Origin: an uncultured Chitinophagaceae bacterium
GTDB lineage: Bacteria > Bacteroidota > Bacteroidia > Chitinophagales > Chitinophagaceae
Length of the DNA stretch: 64,000 nt
Direction: 5' to 3'
NCBI GenBank assembly: GCA_964467635.1
Contig: CAYXRN010000002.1
Location: 1,388 to 65,387 of the forward strand
Of this stretch, positions 39,779 to 49,718 are shown in pieces; position 1 is the first letter of the stretch; each line of letters begins with the position of its first letter. Below the pieces are notes generated by a model. The model did not search any database. It was not told the DNA's origin and saw nothing but the letters and a program-made list of their open reading frames with translations. The translations under genes and the position numbers were made by a program.

Positions 39779-40429
39779 AGGAGCTGCTTCCTCTTCTTGT
39801 GGCTTAGCAATGCTTTTAGACTTCTGCTGGTGCTGGAAAAAGCGTTTTTGAAAAAGCAAAATGGTAATTACCCCAACAGAAATAGCTGCATCGGAGATAT
39901 TAAAGACAGGCTGAAAAAACACAAAATAATCGCCTCCCCTGAAAGGGATCCAATCGGGCAAAAAGCCCTGATAGATGGGAAAATAGAGCATATCTACCAC
40001 CTTGCCATGCAGAAAACCGGCATATCCGCCGCCAGGAGGCAGGAATTGAGCGACCTGATAAGGCGTGCTTGCCGAAAAGAGCATTCCATAAAACAGGCTG
40101 TCGATCAAGTTGCCCATAGCGCCAGCCAGGATGAGTGCACCACAAATAATCAGTCCTTTGTGATATTTTGACCGAACCAGCTTATTGAGCAGATAAAAGC
40201 CAAAAACAACGGCAACCAGCCTAAAAAGCGTAAGGATCACCTTTCCGGTATCACCGCCAAAGGACAATCCATAGGCCATGCCGGCATTCTCTATGAAGTG
40301 AATCCGGAACCAGTTCCCGATAATATGAAATTCTTGTCCGGTTACAAGATGGGTCTTGATCCATATTTTTGAAACCTGATCTATAATCAGGATACAAATA
40401 ACAATGATAATCGGTGTTCTGAGTTTCAA
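39773..40429 (-). CDS. lspA: lipoprotein signal peptidase (signal peptidase II)
   Basis: Motifs ENAGMAYGLSF and GKVVDMLYF with four TM helices. Its 3' end overlaps the dapA 3' end by 6 nt. Confidence 0.88.
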   Translation of the reverse strand: MKLRTPIIIVICILIIDQVSKIWIKTHLVTGQEFHIIGNWFRIHFIENAGMAYGLSFGGDTGKVILTLFRLVAVVFGFYLLNKLVRSKYHKGLIICGALILAGAMGNLIDSLFYGMLFSASTPYQVAQFLPPGGGYAGFLHGKVVDMLYFPIYQGFLPDWIPFRGGDYFVFFQPVFNISDAAISVGVITILLFQKRFFQHQQKSKSIAKPQEEEAAPL

Positions 40430-40445
40430 GAGATTACTTTTTTTA

Positions 40446-40453
40446 CAAAGGTA
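40446..40453 (-). promoter_or_regulatory. Bacteroidota -7 box (TACCTTTG on the minus strand) upstream of lspA
   Basis: Exact TAnnTTTG match 17 nt upstream of the lspA ATG. Confidence 0.45.
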
Positions 40454-40516
40454 GTTTAATTCTTACAGGATTTTCCTTCTGTCATAGAAGCAATGCCTAT
40501 ATTTGCATAATATATT

Positions 40517-43018
40517 ATGGCGGCAAATCGAATCAAAAATAAGAAACCATCCAAAGCTTCCAAAAAACAGGCTCCATTAAAAAAAGATAAAAGTACGGAA
40601 GTGAAGGTGACGGAACTGGTCAGAGACGAGCGTACCCATAAGGTTTTGGGAATGTTTTGTTTGTTGTTTGCAGCTTTTTTAGCCATTGCTTTTGTTTCTT
40701 ATCTGTTCACATGGAAGAATGATCAGGGTATGATCGCACGTTATGGTGCTGATATACTCTGGATGAAGGATGTGCACATGGATAATTTGTTGGGGAGACT
40801 GGGCGCTTATGTTTCCCATTTGTTTTTTTATGAGGGCGTAGGAATTGCCGCTTTGTTTTTTTGTTATTTGTTTGCCATTTTAGGACTGAATTTTATGACC
40901 GGCCGGCAACTGTTTGCAATAGGACGAAATGTCCGTTATCTCATTTTTGGGTTAATATACCTCAGCACTGCGCTATCTCTTCTTTTTATCCTATTGATTC
41001 CCGGAGCACAATTTCCCTGGGGTGGCGCTATGGGCGATTTCATTGCTCATTGGCTCCTGGGATTTATCGGGTCGGTAGGCGCGATATTGTTATGGATAGT
41101 CATCGGATTGGCTTATGGCATATGGCGGTATAATCTGGATATTATTCCTAAAAAAAGCCCGGCTTTGTTTGAGCGGACAAAAGAAGCGTTGAGCGGCTTT
41201 CCCGAAGACGAACCCAATGACAAAGATCAGGAAGTCGTACCACAAGCACTGGGAAGAGAAGAAGAAAAAGTCGCAAAAGTTAATGATCCGGCGGATCTGG
41301 GCCTTAAGCTTGTCCATAAGGAAAAACAAACTGAACAACGGGCTTCAAAAGAACAGCCAAGCGAACCCGTGGAGTTTTCCTTACCGGAAACGCAGTCTAA
41401 AAAAGCCCCTGCTGAGCCCTCCACAGAAGACCTGAAGCTGGAAATTAATCCTACCCATGAGGATAAGGGTGAAAGCCAAAAGGATAAAGCCGCCAGTATT
41501 GTTAAAAAAGCTGGGCTGTATGAGCCTACCCTTGACCTGCAAAGCTATCGTTTTCCTCCTATGAACTTTTTGGAAAACCACGGCGGTGAAAAAATTGTTC
41601 ATGACCCGGAAGAGTTGGAAAACAATAAGCGGCAGATCGTAGAGACCCTCAGCAATTATTCTATTTCCATCCGGAAGATCACGGCGACAGTAGGACCAAC
41701 GGTAACCCTTTATGAAATTGTTCCAGCAAAAGGAATCCGCATCTCCAAGATCCGTAATCTGGAAGACGATATTGCCCTTAGCCTGGCTGCATTGGGCATC
41801 CGTATTATCGCACCTATTCCAGGCAAAGGCACAATTGGTATCGAGGTTCCAAATGTAAAGCGGTCCATCGTTGCGATGAAAACCCTGATCTATTCAGATA
41901 AGTTTCAAAACGCGCCGATGAACCTCCCGATAGCCATTGGTAAAAAGATTGACAATGAAAACTTTATCGTAGACCTCACCTCCATGCCACACCTGCTGAT
42001 GGCCGGTGCTACCGGTCAGGGTAAATCAGTAGGCATTAATGCTATTTTGGTTTCCTTATTGTACAAAAAGCATCCTTCCCAACTGAAACTGGTGTTGGTA
42101 GATCCCAAAAAGGTGGAGTTATCCATTTACCGGGTGATCGAAAATCATTTTCTGGCCAAGCTACCGGGCGAGGAGGAAGCCATTATTACGGATACCAAAA
42201 AGGTAGTAAATACGCTGAATGCATTGTGTATTGAAATGGACAACCGCTACGACCTGTTGAAAGAGGCCGGGGCACGAAACATAAAAGAATACAACCACAA
42301 ATTCACGCATCGCCGGTTAAATCCTGAGAATGGACACAAATATTTACCTTTTATTGTACTGGTCGTAGATGAATTCGCAGATCTGATTATGACGGCGGGA
42401 AAAGAAATTGAAATGCCCATAGCGCGGCTGGCACAACTGGCGCGGGCCGTTGGCATTCATTTGATCATTGCCACACAACGTCCTTCTGTGAATATTCTTA
42501 CCGGAACCATCAAAGCCAACTTCCCCGCACGAATCGCCTTTAAAGTGAGTTCTAAAGTGGATTCCCGTACCATCCTTGATGCGGGAGGAGCCGAACAATT
42601 AATTGGGAAGGGTGATATGTTGATCTCCTACAACGGAGACATCACCAGGTTGCAGTGTGCTTTTGTCGACACCCCAGAGGTAGAAGAAATCGTAGCGTTC
42701 ATTTCCGAACAACAGGGCTATCCACAGCCGTTTTTACTGCCGGAGTATGAAGATGACAGTGACGGGGGGCAAAAAAACATGGCAGGAGGGGAGAAGGATC
42801 CGCTGTTTGAAGAAGCGGCACAGATCATCGTGCAAACCCAGCAGGGCTCCACGTCTTTGTTGCAGCGCCGAATGAAGTTGGGATACAATCGTGCCGGCAG
42901 GCTAATGGATCAGCTGGAAATGGCAGGCGTGGTCGGGCCCAATGCGGGAAGCAAAGCCAGGGAAGTACTCATCAAAACAGAGATGGAATTGCAAGAAGTA
43001 CTCAATAACAGTTTTTAG
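40517..43018 (+). CDS. ftsK: DNA translocase FtsK
   Basis: N-terminal TM block, a charged linker, a motor domain with Walker A GATGQGKSV and Walker B LVVDEFADL, and a C-terminal gamma winged-helix (STSLLQRRMKLGYNRAGRLMDQLE). Confidence 0.93.
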   Translation: MAANRIKNKKPSKASKKQAPLKKDKSTEVKVTELVRDERTHKVLGMFCLLFAAFLAIAFVSYLFTWKNDQGMIARYGADILWMKDVHMDNLLGRLGAYVSHLFFYEGVGIAALFFCYLFAILGLNFMTGRQLFAIGRNVRYLIFGLIYLSTALSLLFILLIPGAQFPWGGAMGDFIAHWLLGFIGSVGAILLWIVIGLAYGIWRYNLDIIPKKSPALFERTKEALSGFPEDEPNDKDQEVVPQALGREEEKVAKVNDPADLGLKLVHKEKQTEQRASKEQPSEPVEFSLPETQSKKAPAEPSTEDLKLEINPTHEDKGESQKDKAASIVKKAGLYEPTLDLQSYRFPPMNFLENHGGEKIVHDPEELENNKRQIVETLSNYSISIRKITATVGPTVTLYEIVPAKGIRISKIRNLEDDIALSLAALGIRIIAPIPGKGTIGIEVPNVKRSIVAMKTLIYSDKFQNAPMNLPIAIGKKIDNENFIVDLTSMPHLLMAGATGQGKSVGINAILVSLLYKKHPSQLKLVLVDPKKVELSIYRVIENHFLAKLPGEEEAIITDTKKVVNTLNALCIEMDNRYDLLKEAGARNIKEYNHKFTHRRLNPENGHKYLPFIVLVVDEFADLIMTAGKEIEMPIARLAQLARAVGIHLIIATQRPSVNILTGTIKANFPARIAFKVSSKVDSRTILDAGGAEQLIGKGDMLISYNGDITRLQCAFVDTPEVEEIVAFISEQQGYPQPFLLPEYEDDSDGGQKNMAGGEKDPLFEEAAQIIVQTQQGSTSLLQRRMKLGYNRAGRLMDQLEMAGVVGPNAGSKAREVLIKTEMELQEVLNNSF

Positions 43019-43065
43019 CGGTTGGCAGGATATTTGCCTTTTGTTGTTAAAATTTACGGAAAGAT

Positions 43066-43752
43066 ATGAATCGTCCATTGATAAAGGTGATAGAATTACT
43101 GCTTATTTTATTGCCGCTGCTGGTAACGCCTGTAGTGGCGCAAGAGCCAACTCCATTTGGCACCAGCGATCCTGAAGCAAAAGCGATTTTGGATAAAGCG
43201 GCAAAAGAATACGCCTCTTACAATAGCTTAAAAGCCGATTTTACCCTAAAGACAACCAATGCAGAGAATAAGTTACTCGGCAGTCAGAAAGGTACAATCT
43301 GGTTGAAAGGGGATAGCTTTAAATTTCAATTGGGCGCCCAGATCGTTTTCAGCGATGGAACCACTTTATGGTCCTACAATAAGGACAATAATGAGGTACA
43401 AATAACCAACTATGAGCCGGAAAAAGGACAAATCACGCCGTCTTCTCTTTTCACCGATTTTTACGATAAAAACTTTCTTTATAGGCTTCAGGGCACATCG
43501 GAGTTAAATGGGAAAGAAGTCTATCTCATTCAGATGACTCCTTTTGATAAATCCAAGCCCTATTTCCAAATCGTGGCCCGGATCGGTAAAAACCAATATC
43601 GCCTGATGGGGATGGAGCTGTTTACAAAAGGCGGCTATCGATACAGTTATCTCATTACGTCTTACCATCCTAATGCAGCAATAAATGCATCAGAGTTTGT
43701 TTTTGATAAAACAAATTACCCGGGGGTCTCGGTAGTGGATTTAAGGATGTAA
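43066..43752 (+). CDS. LolA-like outer-membrane lipoprotein carrier protein
   Basis: Signal peptide, ~225 aa beta-rich, in the conserved position immediately after ftsK. The motif-level match is weak. Confidence 0.7.
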   Translation: MNRPLIKVIELLLILLPLLVTPVVAQEPTPFGTSDPEAKAILDKAAKEYASYNSLKADFTLKTTNAENKLLGSQKGTIWLKGDSFKFQLGAQIVFSDGTTLWSYNKDNNEVQITNYEPEKGQITPSSLFTDFYDKNFLYRLQGTSELNGKEVYLIQMTPFDKSKPYFQIVARIGKNQYRLMGMELFTKGGYRYSYLITSYHPNAAINASEFVFDKTNYPGVSVVDLRM

Positions 43753-44095
43753 AAGGACTGGAGCAGTGTTTGCACGTATCAGGACTCATCTGCTGCGATG
43801 GTATGCCACATTCTCTTGCTTACTATCTACATTCCAGGCAATCCCCTACTACCATTGTTTACAAGCTAACGCAAGCATCTATCTATCCTGTTGGCATTGT
43901 GCACGCAATATTCTTTTTCAAGCGGCTATGGAAAAGCGGTTTGGTCATCATAGCATCTGCTTATGTTGTTTGCACCGTTGACGACACAGCACCAACACTT
44001 ATTGCAAGACATACTTACACCAACTTAGCCATTTACATCCCAAAAGCTAAATATTAACTTTTAGTATGCTGCTGATTGTGAGAAGACCCCCTTCG

Positions 44096-46351
44096 CTATT
44101 TGATCTTGTTTAGTTCCTCGGCGGTCACAGCATAAGTAGCCGCTTTCTGCTTTTGGATGGAAACAGAAGTGGTTGTTTTTGTCTGCTCGATCTGGCTTCC
44201 ATGCTTTTCAGCAACAGCATTTGGATAATAAATACCCGCAAGCGTCGGCGCAATGACCAGGGAAACAATAGAGGTCAGTTTGATTAAAATATTCATAGAG
44301 GGGCCCGAAGTATCTTTAAAAGGATCACCAACCGTATCACCGGTTACAGAAGCCTTATGATGGTCTGAACCTTTATAATGGGTTTCTCCATTGACTTCCA
44401 CCCCTGCTTCAAAGGATTTTTTGGCGTTATCCCAGGCTCCGCCAGCGTTGTTTTGAAACATGCCCATCACTACACCGCTGACAGTAATACCTGCTAAGAC
44501 ACCGCCCAGCACCTGTGGGCCAAAGAGAAAGCCTACCACGACGGGAACAATAATGGCTACAGCTCCAGGGGCCAACATCGACCTGATAGAGGCATTGGTA
44601 GAAATAGCCACACATTTCTCGTATTCCGGTTTGGCTTTACCTTCAAGGATACCCGGTATTTCACGAAATTGTCTTCTCACTTCTTCTACCATGCTCATGG
44701 CAGCCTTACCCACCGCAGAGATCGCCATGGAGGAAAAAATAAACGGAATAACGGCTCCCACAAAAAGCCCGGCCAGAATTTTAGCCTGGTAAATGTCAAT
44801 ATGCTGGTCTGCCGCTACAGGAATGGCCACCCCAACGAAAGCGGCAAACAAAGCCAGGGAGGTTAATGCCGCCGAAGCGATAGCAAAGCCTTTGCCCGTA
44901 GCTGCAGTGGTGTTCCCTACTGCATCCAGGATGTCGGTACGTCCACGAACCTCTTTAGGCAATTCACTCATTTCTGCAATACCTCCTGCATTATCGGCAA
45001 TCGGGCCGAAAGCGTCTATAGAAAGTTGCATGGCCGTGGTAGCCATCATACCGGAAGCGGCAATAGCCACGCCATATAGGCCGGCGAACGCAAAAGCGCC
45101 ATAAATACCCGCAGCAAGGACGATCATGGGCAACAGCGTAGATTCCATACCCACGGCGAGTCCTCCAATAATATTCGTGGCGTGGCCTGTAGAGGACTGC
45201 TTCACAATGGAAAGCACCGGACGTTTGCCCATGGCCGTGTAATATTCCGTAAGTATACTCATTAACGCCCCTACTACCAATCCTACTATTACGGCACCAA
45301 ATACGCCGGTAGAGGTAAAGGCGTGTCCGCGCAGTACCATATCGGAAGGCAGCATATTTACAATAATAAAGTAAGAGGCAATGGCCGTTAAGATAACTGC
45401 TATCCAGTTTCCTAGGTTCAGGGCCTTCTGAACGTCTCCGTTTTCATTTTTAATGCTTACGAAATAGGTTCCCAGAATAGACAACAAAGTGCCTACACCT
45501 GCGATGACCATCGGTAAAATAACCGGAGACAAACCACCGAAGGCGTCCTGGGCTTGGATTTCACGGCCTAAGACTACCGTACCGATGATGGTAGAAACAA
45601 AAGAACCAAAAAGATCAGCTCCCATACCCGCTACATCGCCCACGTTATCGCCTACATTATCGGCTATAGTTGCCGGATTCCTGGGGTCGTCTTCCGGGAT
45701 ACCGGCTTCCACTTTTCCAACCAGATCAGCCCCTACATCAGCGGCTTTGGTATAAATCCCGCCACCTACACGAGCAAACAAGGCAATACTTTCCGCGCCG
45801 AGCGAGAAACCCGTCAATGCCTCCAATGCTTTGGTCAGGCTGTCCCGGGATTGCAAAATCCCCATGTCGTTGTATACACCGAAGAAATGCAAAAATATGA
45901 TCAATAAAGCACCCAGTCCCAATACCGCCAGGCCGGTCACCCCCAATCCCATAACGGAACCACCTTTAAAAGAGACACTTAATGCCTTAGGCAGGCTGGT
46001 TTTAGCTGCTTCCGCCGTCCTGACATTGGCCTTTGTAGCGATACGCATGCCATTGAATCCGGCAAAGGCCGACAATATCGCCCCTAAAACAAATGCAATG
46101 GAAATGGTCCAGCTCGAATCTGGATTGATATAACCCATATAGCCCAATAAAATAGCAGCGATGATAACAAAGTAAGTAAGGGCCTTATATTCCGCTTTTA
46201 AAAAAGCCATGGCGCCGTTGGAAATATGGTTAGCCAACTCTGCCATTTTCTCCGAACCGGAACTTTTACGGCTGACCCAAGCACTCTTTAACGCCATAAA
46301 AATCAACGCAATAATTCCCATCAGGGGAATGAGGTACAAAAAATTACTCAT
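44096..46351 (-). CDS. hppA: membrane-bound proton/sodium-translocating pyrophosphatase
   Basis: Motifs [29 protein letters not shown] and DAxGNTTAA, ~16 TM helices, 751 aa. Confidence 0.95.
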   Translation of the reverse strand: MSNFLYLIPLMGIIALIFMALKSAWVSRKSSGSEKMAELANHISNGAMAFLKAEYKALTYFVIIAAILLGYMGYINPDSSWTISIAFVLGAILSAFAGFNGMRIATKANVRTAEAAKTSLPKALSVSFKGGSVMGLGVTGLAVLGLGALLIIFLHFFGVYNDMGILQSRDSLTKALEALTGFSLGAESIALFARVGGGIYTKAADVGADLVGKVEAGIPEDDPRNPATIADNVGDNVGDVAGMGADLFGSFVSTIIGTVVLGREIQAQDAFGGLSPVILPMVIAGVGTLLSILGTYFVSIKNENGDVQKALNLGNWIAVILTAIASYFIIVNMLPSDMVLRGHAFTSTGVFGAVIVGLVVGALMSILTEYYTAMGKRPVLSIVKQSSTGHATNIIGGLAVGMESTLLPMIVLAAGIYGAFAFAGLYGVAIAASGMMATTAMQLSIDAFGPIADNAGGIAEMSELPKEVRGRTDILDAVGNTTAATGKGFAIASAALTSLALFAAFVGVAIPVAADQHIDIYQAKILAGLFVGAVIPFIFSSMAISAVGKAAMSMVEEVRRQFREIPGILEGKAKPEYEKCVAISTNASIRSMLAPGAVAIIVPVVVGFLFGPQVLGGVLAGITVSGVVMGMFQNNAGGAWDNAKKSFEAGVEVNGETHYKGSDHHKASVTGDTVGDPFKDTSGPSMNILIKLTSIVSLVIAPTLAGIYYPNAVAEKHGSQIEQTKTTTSVSIQKQKAATYAVTAEELNKIK

Positions 46352-46388
46352 AGCTTGTTATTAATCAATTATTAAATTCTGGTGGGCG

Positions 46389-46396
46389 CAAAGGTA
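46389..46396 (-). promoter_or_regulatory. Bacteroidota -7 box (TACCTTTG on the minus strand) upstream of hppA
   Basis: Exact TAnnTTTG match 38 nt upstream of the hppA ATG. Confidence 0.5.
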
Positions 46397-46592
46397 ATAG
46401 GAAAAATAGAATAGCTCACCAATAAATTAAAAATTACTGGTACAACGGTTTTGCCGATCAATTAGTCTGACAGAAAAAAGGCTTTTTTTTCTGAGTCGGC
46501 CTAAAAATCGGATTATTGATCAGAAAAAACACAGGGCCTCGAAAGATAGCCGGGACTTCCCAAACCACGACCTGCACCAACGAGAACGACCA

Positions 46593-46690
46593 TCGGTTAT
46601 TTTTGCATAGCGTGGCCTACCACACGGAAAACCAGATGTACTTAACCTCTTTGCCCAGCTCGGTTATTTTTGCATAGCGTGGCCTACCAC
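46593..46690 (+). repeat. two perfect 31-bp direct repeats (46593-46623 and 46660-46690) separated by 36 bp, each containing a TATTTTTG -7 box
   Basis: TCGGTTATTTTTGCATAGCGTGGCCTACCAC occurs twice, identically. The -7 boxes lie at 46598-46605 and 46665-46672. Confidence 0.9.
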
Positions 46691-46948
46691 CCGTCCCCTC
46701 GTTTCTGGCAGACAAAAGAGGACAGCTCAAATGCAGATATCATTGACTGTTATGGCTTTACATTTCGCGGGAAACTTAAAAAATAGGCTTGGCCCGATCA
46801 GGGCATTCAGCAAGGATTTTTTTAAGGCACAAGAGTAAAAAAAGCAGTTTACATTCCGGAGGCAAAGCCGATGGATTTCACGCGCCACCCCTACATAAGG
46901 AAATCAAAAAAAGTTTGTTTAAAGGGTTGTTTTGCGATAAAATCAAAC

Positions 46949-46956
46949 TATCTTTG
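46949..46956 (+). promoter_or_regulatory. Bacteroidota -7 box TATCTTTG, proximal atp operon promoter
   Basis: Exact TAnnTTTG match 24 nt upstream of the atpB ATG. Confidence 0.5.
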
Positions 46957-46979
46957 CGGCAAATTTCGAACACGGAATC

Positions 46980-48146
46980 ATGACAAAACCCTTTAAATAC
47001 AGTTGGACAGGCCTTTTGACGGTTTTTTTCTTGATTTTTTTCTCCTTTTCCTATGCGCAGCCCGGACACCCGGGAGCTGAAAATGGCAACCACCAGGAAA
47101 ATCAGGCGGAGGAAGAAAGTGGTTTTGACGCCAATGCCGTGATCCTGGAACATGTCAAGGACTCGCATTACTGGCATTTCTTTTCTATTAACGGACATGA
47201 CGTTTCCTTGGCCTTGCCCGTTATAATATATGTACCCAAATCCGGATTTTCGATTTTCATGTCTTCCCGGTTTCATCATGGAGAAGCTATCTATAAAGGG
47301 TTTAAAATGCTTACTCCGGAATACATTGCAAAATATAAGCTATCCAAAAATTCTTATTTTCCGGGCAGTATCATAGCCGTGAATGCGGACGGCTCTCCAA
47401 ATTTATTCGTTCCCGTATATGACCTGTCTCTTACCAGGAATGTCTTGCAAGCCATGCTCTCCGCTATTCTACTTATTTTAATATTCGTAGGCATTGCTAA
47501 AAAATATACCCGGAATCCCCATAGAGCACCGAGTGGTTTTCAAAACGCAATCGAGCCATTCGTTCTGTTTATTCGGGATGACGTTGCCCGTCCCTATCTG
47601 GAAGACAAAGCCGATAAATACCTGCCGTTTTTACTGACCATATTTTTCTTTATCTGGATTAATTCCTTATTGGCTTTAATACCGGGATCGGCGAACGTTG
47701 CAGGTAACCTGGCATTTACAGGGGCGCTGGCGGCATTCTCCTTTGTCTATATTTTGATTAGCACCAATAAATATTACTGGCAGCATATTGCATGGCCCCC
47801 CGGTATACCGGTTTGGGTGAAGCCAATTTTGATCCCTGTGGAAATTCTCGGTATATTCACTAAGCCTTTTGCTTTGATGATCCGTCTTTTTGCCAATATG
47901 CTGGCCGGACATATGATCATTTTGAGTATTATCTCATTGATCTTTATTTTTGGTGGAATGATCGCTGCAGCAGGATGGGGATTTTCAGTTATTTCAATCC
48001 TATTTACGGTGTTCATGTATTTTGTGGAATTGCTGGTAGGGTTGATTCAGGCGTTTATTTTCGCTAATTTGTCTGCTTTGTTTATCGCACAAGCATTTGA
48101 ACATGGTCCGCATCACCGGCTGGAAGATGAAGAAGTGGTCTTATAG
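46980..48146 (+). CDS. atpB: F0F1 ATP synthase subunit a (long Bacteroidota-type N-terminal extension)
   Basis: C-terminal motifs LMIRLFANMLAGH and LLVGLIQAFIFANL; 388 aa. Confidence 0.9.
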   Translation: MTKPFKYSWTGLLTVFFLIFFSFSYAQPGHPGAENGNHQENQAEEESGFDANAVILEHVKDSHYWHFFSINGHDVSLALPVIIYVPKSGFSIFMSSRFHHGEAIYKGFKMLTPEYIAKYKLSKNSYFPGSIIAVNADGSPNLFVPVYDLSLTRNVLQAMLSAILLILIFVGIAKKYTRNPHRAPSGFQNAIEPFVLFIRDDVARPYLEDKADKYLPFLLTIFFFIWINSLLALIPGSANVAGNLAFTGALAAFSFVYILISTNKYYWQHIAWPPGIPVWVKPILIPVEILGIFTKPFALMIRLFANMLAGHMIILSIISLIFIFGGMIAAAGWGFSVISILFTVFMYFVELLVGLIQAFIFANLSALFIAQAFEHGPHHRLEDEEVVL

Positions 48147-48227
48147 AAACAGGACGAAACGGTAAAACAGCTTCCTGGATTCAAGATGGCGGAAATTAAT
48201 AAATACGGATTTTTTTAATCATCATAA

Positions 48228-48491
<264 letters not shown>

Positions 48492-48508
48492 GGAATGAAA
48501 CAGGTTAT

Positions 48509-48552
48509 CTTACTGCATTCAGAGCACAGGGCCGAGAATGCAGTAAGTTTTT
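48509..48552 (+). terminator. intra-operon terminator-like hairpin between atpE and atpF
   Basis: Perfect 12-bp stem CTTACTGCATTC / GAATGCAGTAAG with a 15-nt loop, followed by TTTTT. Confidence 0.6.
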
Positions 48553-48574
48553 AAAATGAATTAACTAATATAAC

Positions 48575-49069
48575 ATGGATTTACTTAGCCCAAGTATAGG
48601 ATTGTTCTTTTGGATGGCCATCATCTTTCTGCTGACGCTGGTCATTTTACGTAAGTTTGCATGGAAACCTATTTTGAAAATGCTGTCGGAGCGCGAGAAA
48701 GGCATTGCAGACTCTATAAAAACAGCCGACCGCATAAAGGCTGAGATGGCTCAGATGAAATATGAGCATGAAGAGATGTTAAAAGAGGCCAGGGTCGAAC
48801 GCAGTCGTATTTTGAAGAGCGCTAAGGAAGCGAAAGATCAAATGATCAATGAGGCTAAAGAACAGGCTAAATCGGAAGCTAAAAAGATCATTGAAGATGC
48901 GCAAGTGGCCATCAATAATCAAAAAATGGCCGCCCTCACGGATGTTAAAAATCAGGTGGGCAACCTTGCTGTGGAAGTAGCGGAAAAGATTCTCCGTAAG
49001 GAACTAAGCGAAGGAAATGCACAACAAGACTATATCCGTCAACTGGCTTCGGAAATTGAACTCAACTAA
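48575..49069 (+). CDS. atpF: F0F1 ATP synthase subunit b
   Basis: A single N-terminal TM helix followed by a long charged coiled coil; 164 aa; operon position. Confidence 0.88.
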   Translation: MDLLSPSIGLFFWMAIIFLLTLVILRKFAWKPILKMLSEREKGIADSIKTADRIKAEMAQMKYEHEEMLKEARVERSRILKSAKEAKDQMINEAKEQAKSEAKKIIEDAQVAINNQKMAALTDVKNQVGNLAVEVAEKILRKELSEGNAQQDYIRQLASEIELN

Positions 49070-49105
49070 ATTAATGGTTTAAACTTATTTTAATAAACAG
49101 CAGAT

Positions 49106-49666
49106 ATGCCTAATCCTCGTTTGGCTGCGCGTTATGCAAAATCTCTTACTGATCTGGCTGTAGAAACCAACCAGCTGGAACAGGTATTTCAGGACATGAA
49201 CCGTTTGGACGAAACCTGCGACAGCAGCCGGGAATTGGTCAGTTTTCTTAAAAGTCCGGTAATTAATGCAGATAAAAAAGAGAAGATATTCACCACAATA
49301 TTTGGTGACAGTCTATCTGAACTCAGTCGAAAATTTGCTGTACTGCTTATTAAAAAAGGAAGAGAAGGTTTTCTGCCGGAGATTGCCAAAGCTACTATTC
49401 GCCAGTACCGTAAGATCAAAAATATCAGGCAGGTAAGCATAACCACCGCGGTTCCGTTGTCCGAAGAACTGAAGTTATCGATAACGGCAAAAATTAAAAG
49501 TGAGATTCCAGATCAGCAGATAGAATTGCTTACGAAAGTAAAAGAAAAACTGATCGGTGGATTTGTCCTGGAAACAGAGAACACCGTTTTTGATGCAAGC
49601 ATTGCCCGGGATCTGCATGATATCAAAAAGCAGTTCAATAAAAATATATACATCGCCGAAATTTAG
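49106..49666 (+). CDS. atpH: F0F1 ATP synthase subunit delta (OSCP)
   Basis: N-terminus RLAARYAKSL..., C-terminal IGGFVLE...DASI motif, and operon position. Confidence 0.85.
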   Translation: MPNPRLAARYAKSLTDLAVETNQLEQVFQDMNRLDETCDSSRELVSFLKSPVINADKKEKIFTTIFGDSLSELSRKFAVLLIKKGREGFLPEIAKATIRQYRKIKNIRQVSITTAVPLSEELKLSITAKIKSEIPDQQIELLTKVKEKLIGGFVLETENTVFDASIARDLHDIKKQFNKNIYIAEI

Positions 49667-49718
49667 CCCATACAAGATAAAACATAATTAAGAAAAACCA
49701 ATACAACAAGTTACAGCT

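Noticed and set aside
43753-44095. Listed ORFs 43766..43981 and 43770..44057 in the lolA/hppA convergent gap.
   Set aside because: The two overlap each other in different frames. Their translations are Cys/His/Tyr-rich and unlike real proteins, and no start context is present. The gap is left unannotated, and no clear hairpin or repeat was seen either.
44427-46133. Seven nested ORFs of 60-110 aa inside and antisense to hppA. Similar nested ORFs lie inside argB, argE, pdhA, atpA, acnA, ftsK, the TonB receptor and other genes.
   Set aside because: All are fully contained in long, motif-verified genes and have low-complexity or Arg/Pro/Ser-rich translations typical of off-frame reading. None has its own promoter or spacing signals.
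46471-46493. The A/T-only hairpin CAGAAAAAA-GGCTT-TTTTTTCTG in the hppA/atp gap.
   Set aside because: The stem is pure A-U, has no following U-tract and lies upstream of both divergent genes. It is probably a low-complexity coincidence.
46593-46690. The 31-bp repeat / 36-bp spacer / 31-bp repeat geometry resembles a minimal CRISPR array.
   Set aside because: There are only two repeat copies, no cas genes anywhere in the window, and the repeat contains a promoter-like TAnnTTTG box. It is treated as a tandem duplication instead.
46789-47279. ORFs 46789..46983 (+) and 46878..47279 (-) upstream of and overlapping the atpB start, considered as possible atpI/atpZ-like genes.
   Set aside because: Neither encodes hydrophobic helices as AtpI/AtpZ would. 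The minus ORF overlaps the atpB N-terminus antisense, and the plus ORF is basic low-complexity sequence running through the atpB promoter.
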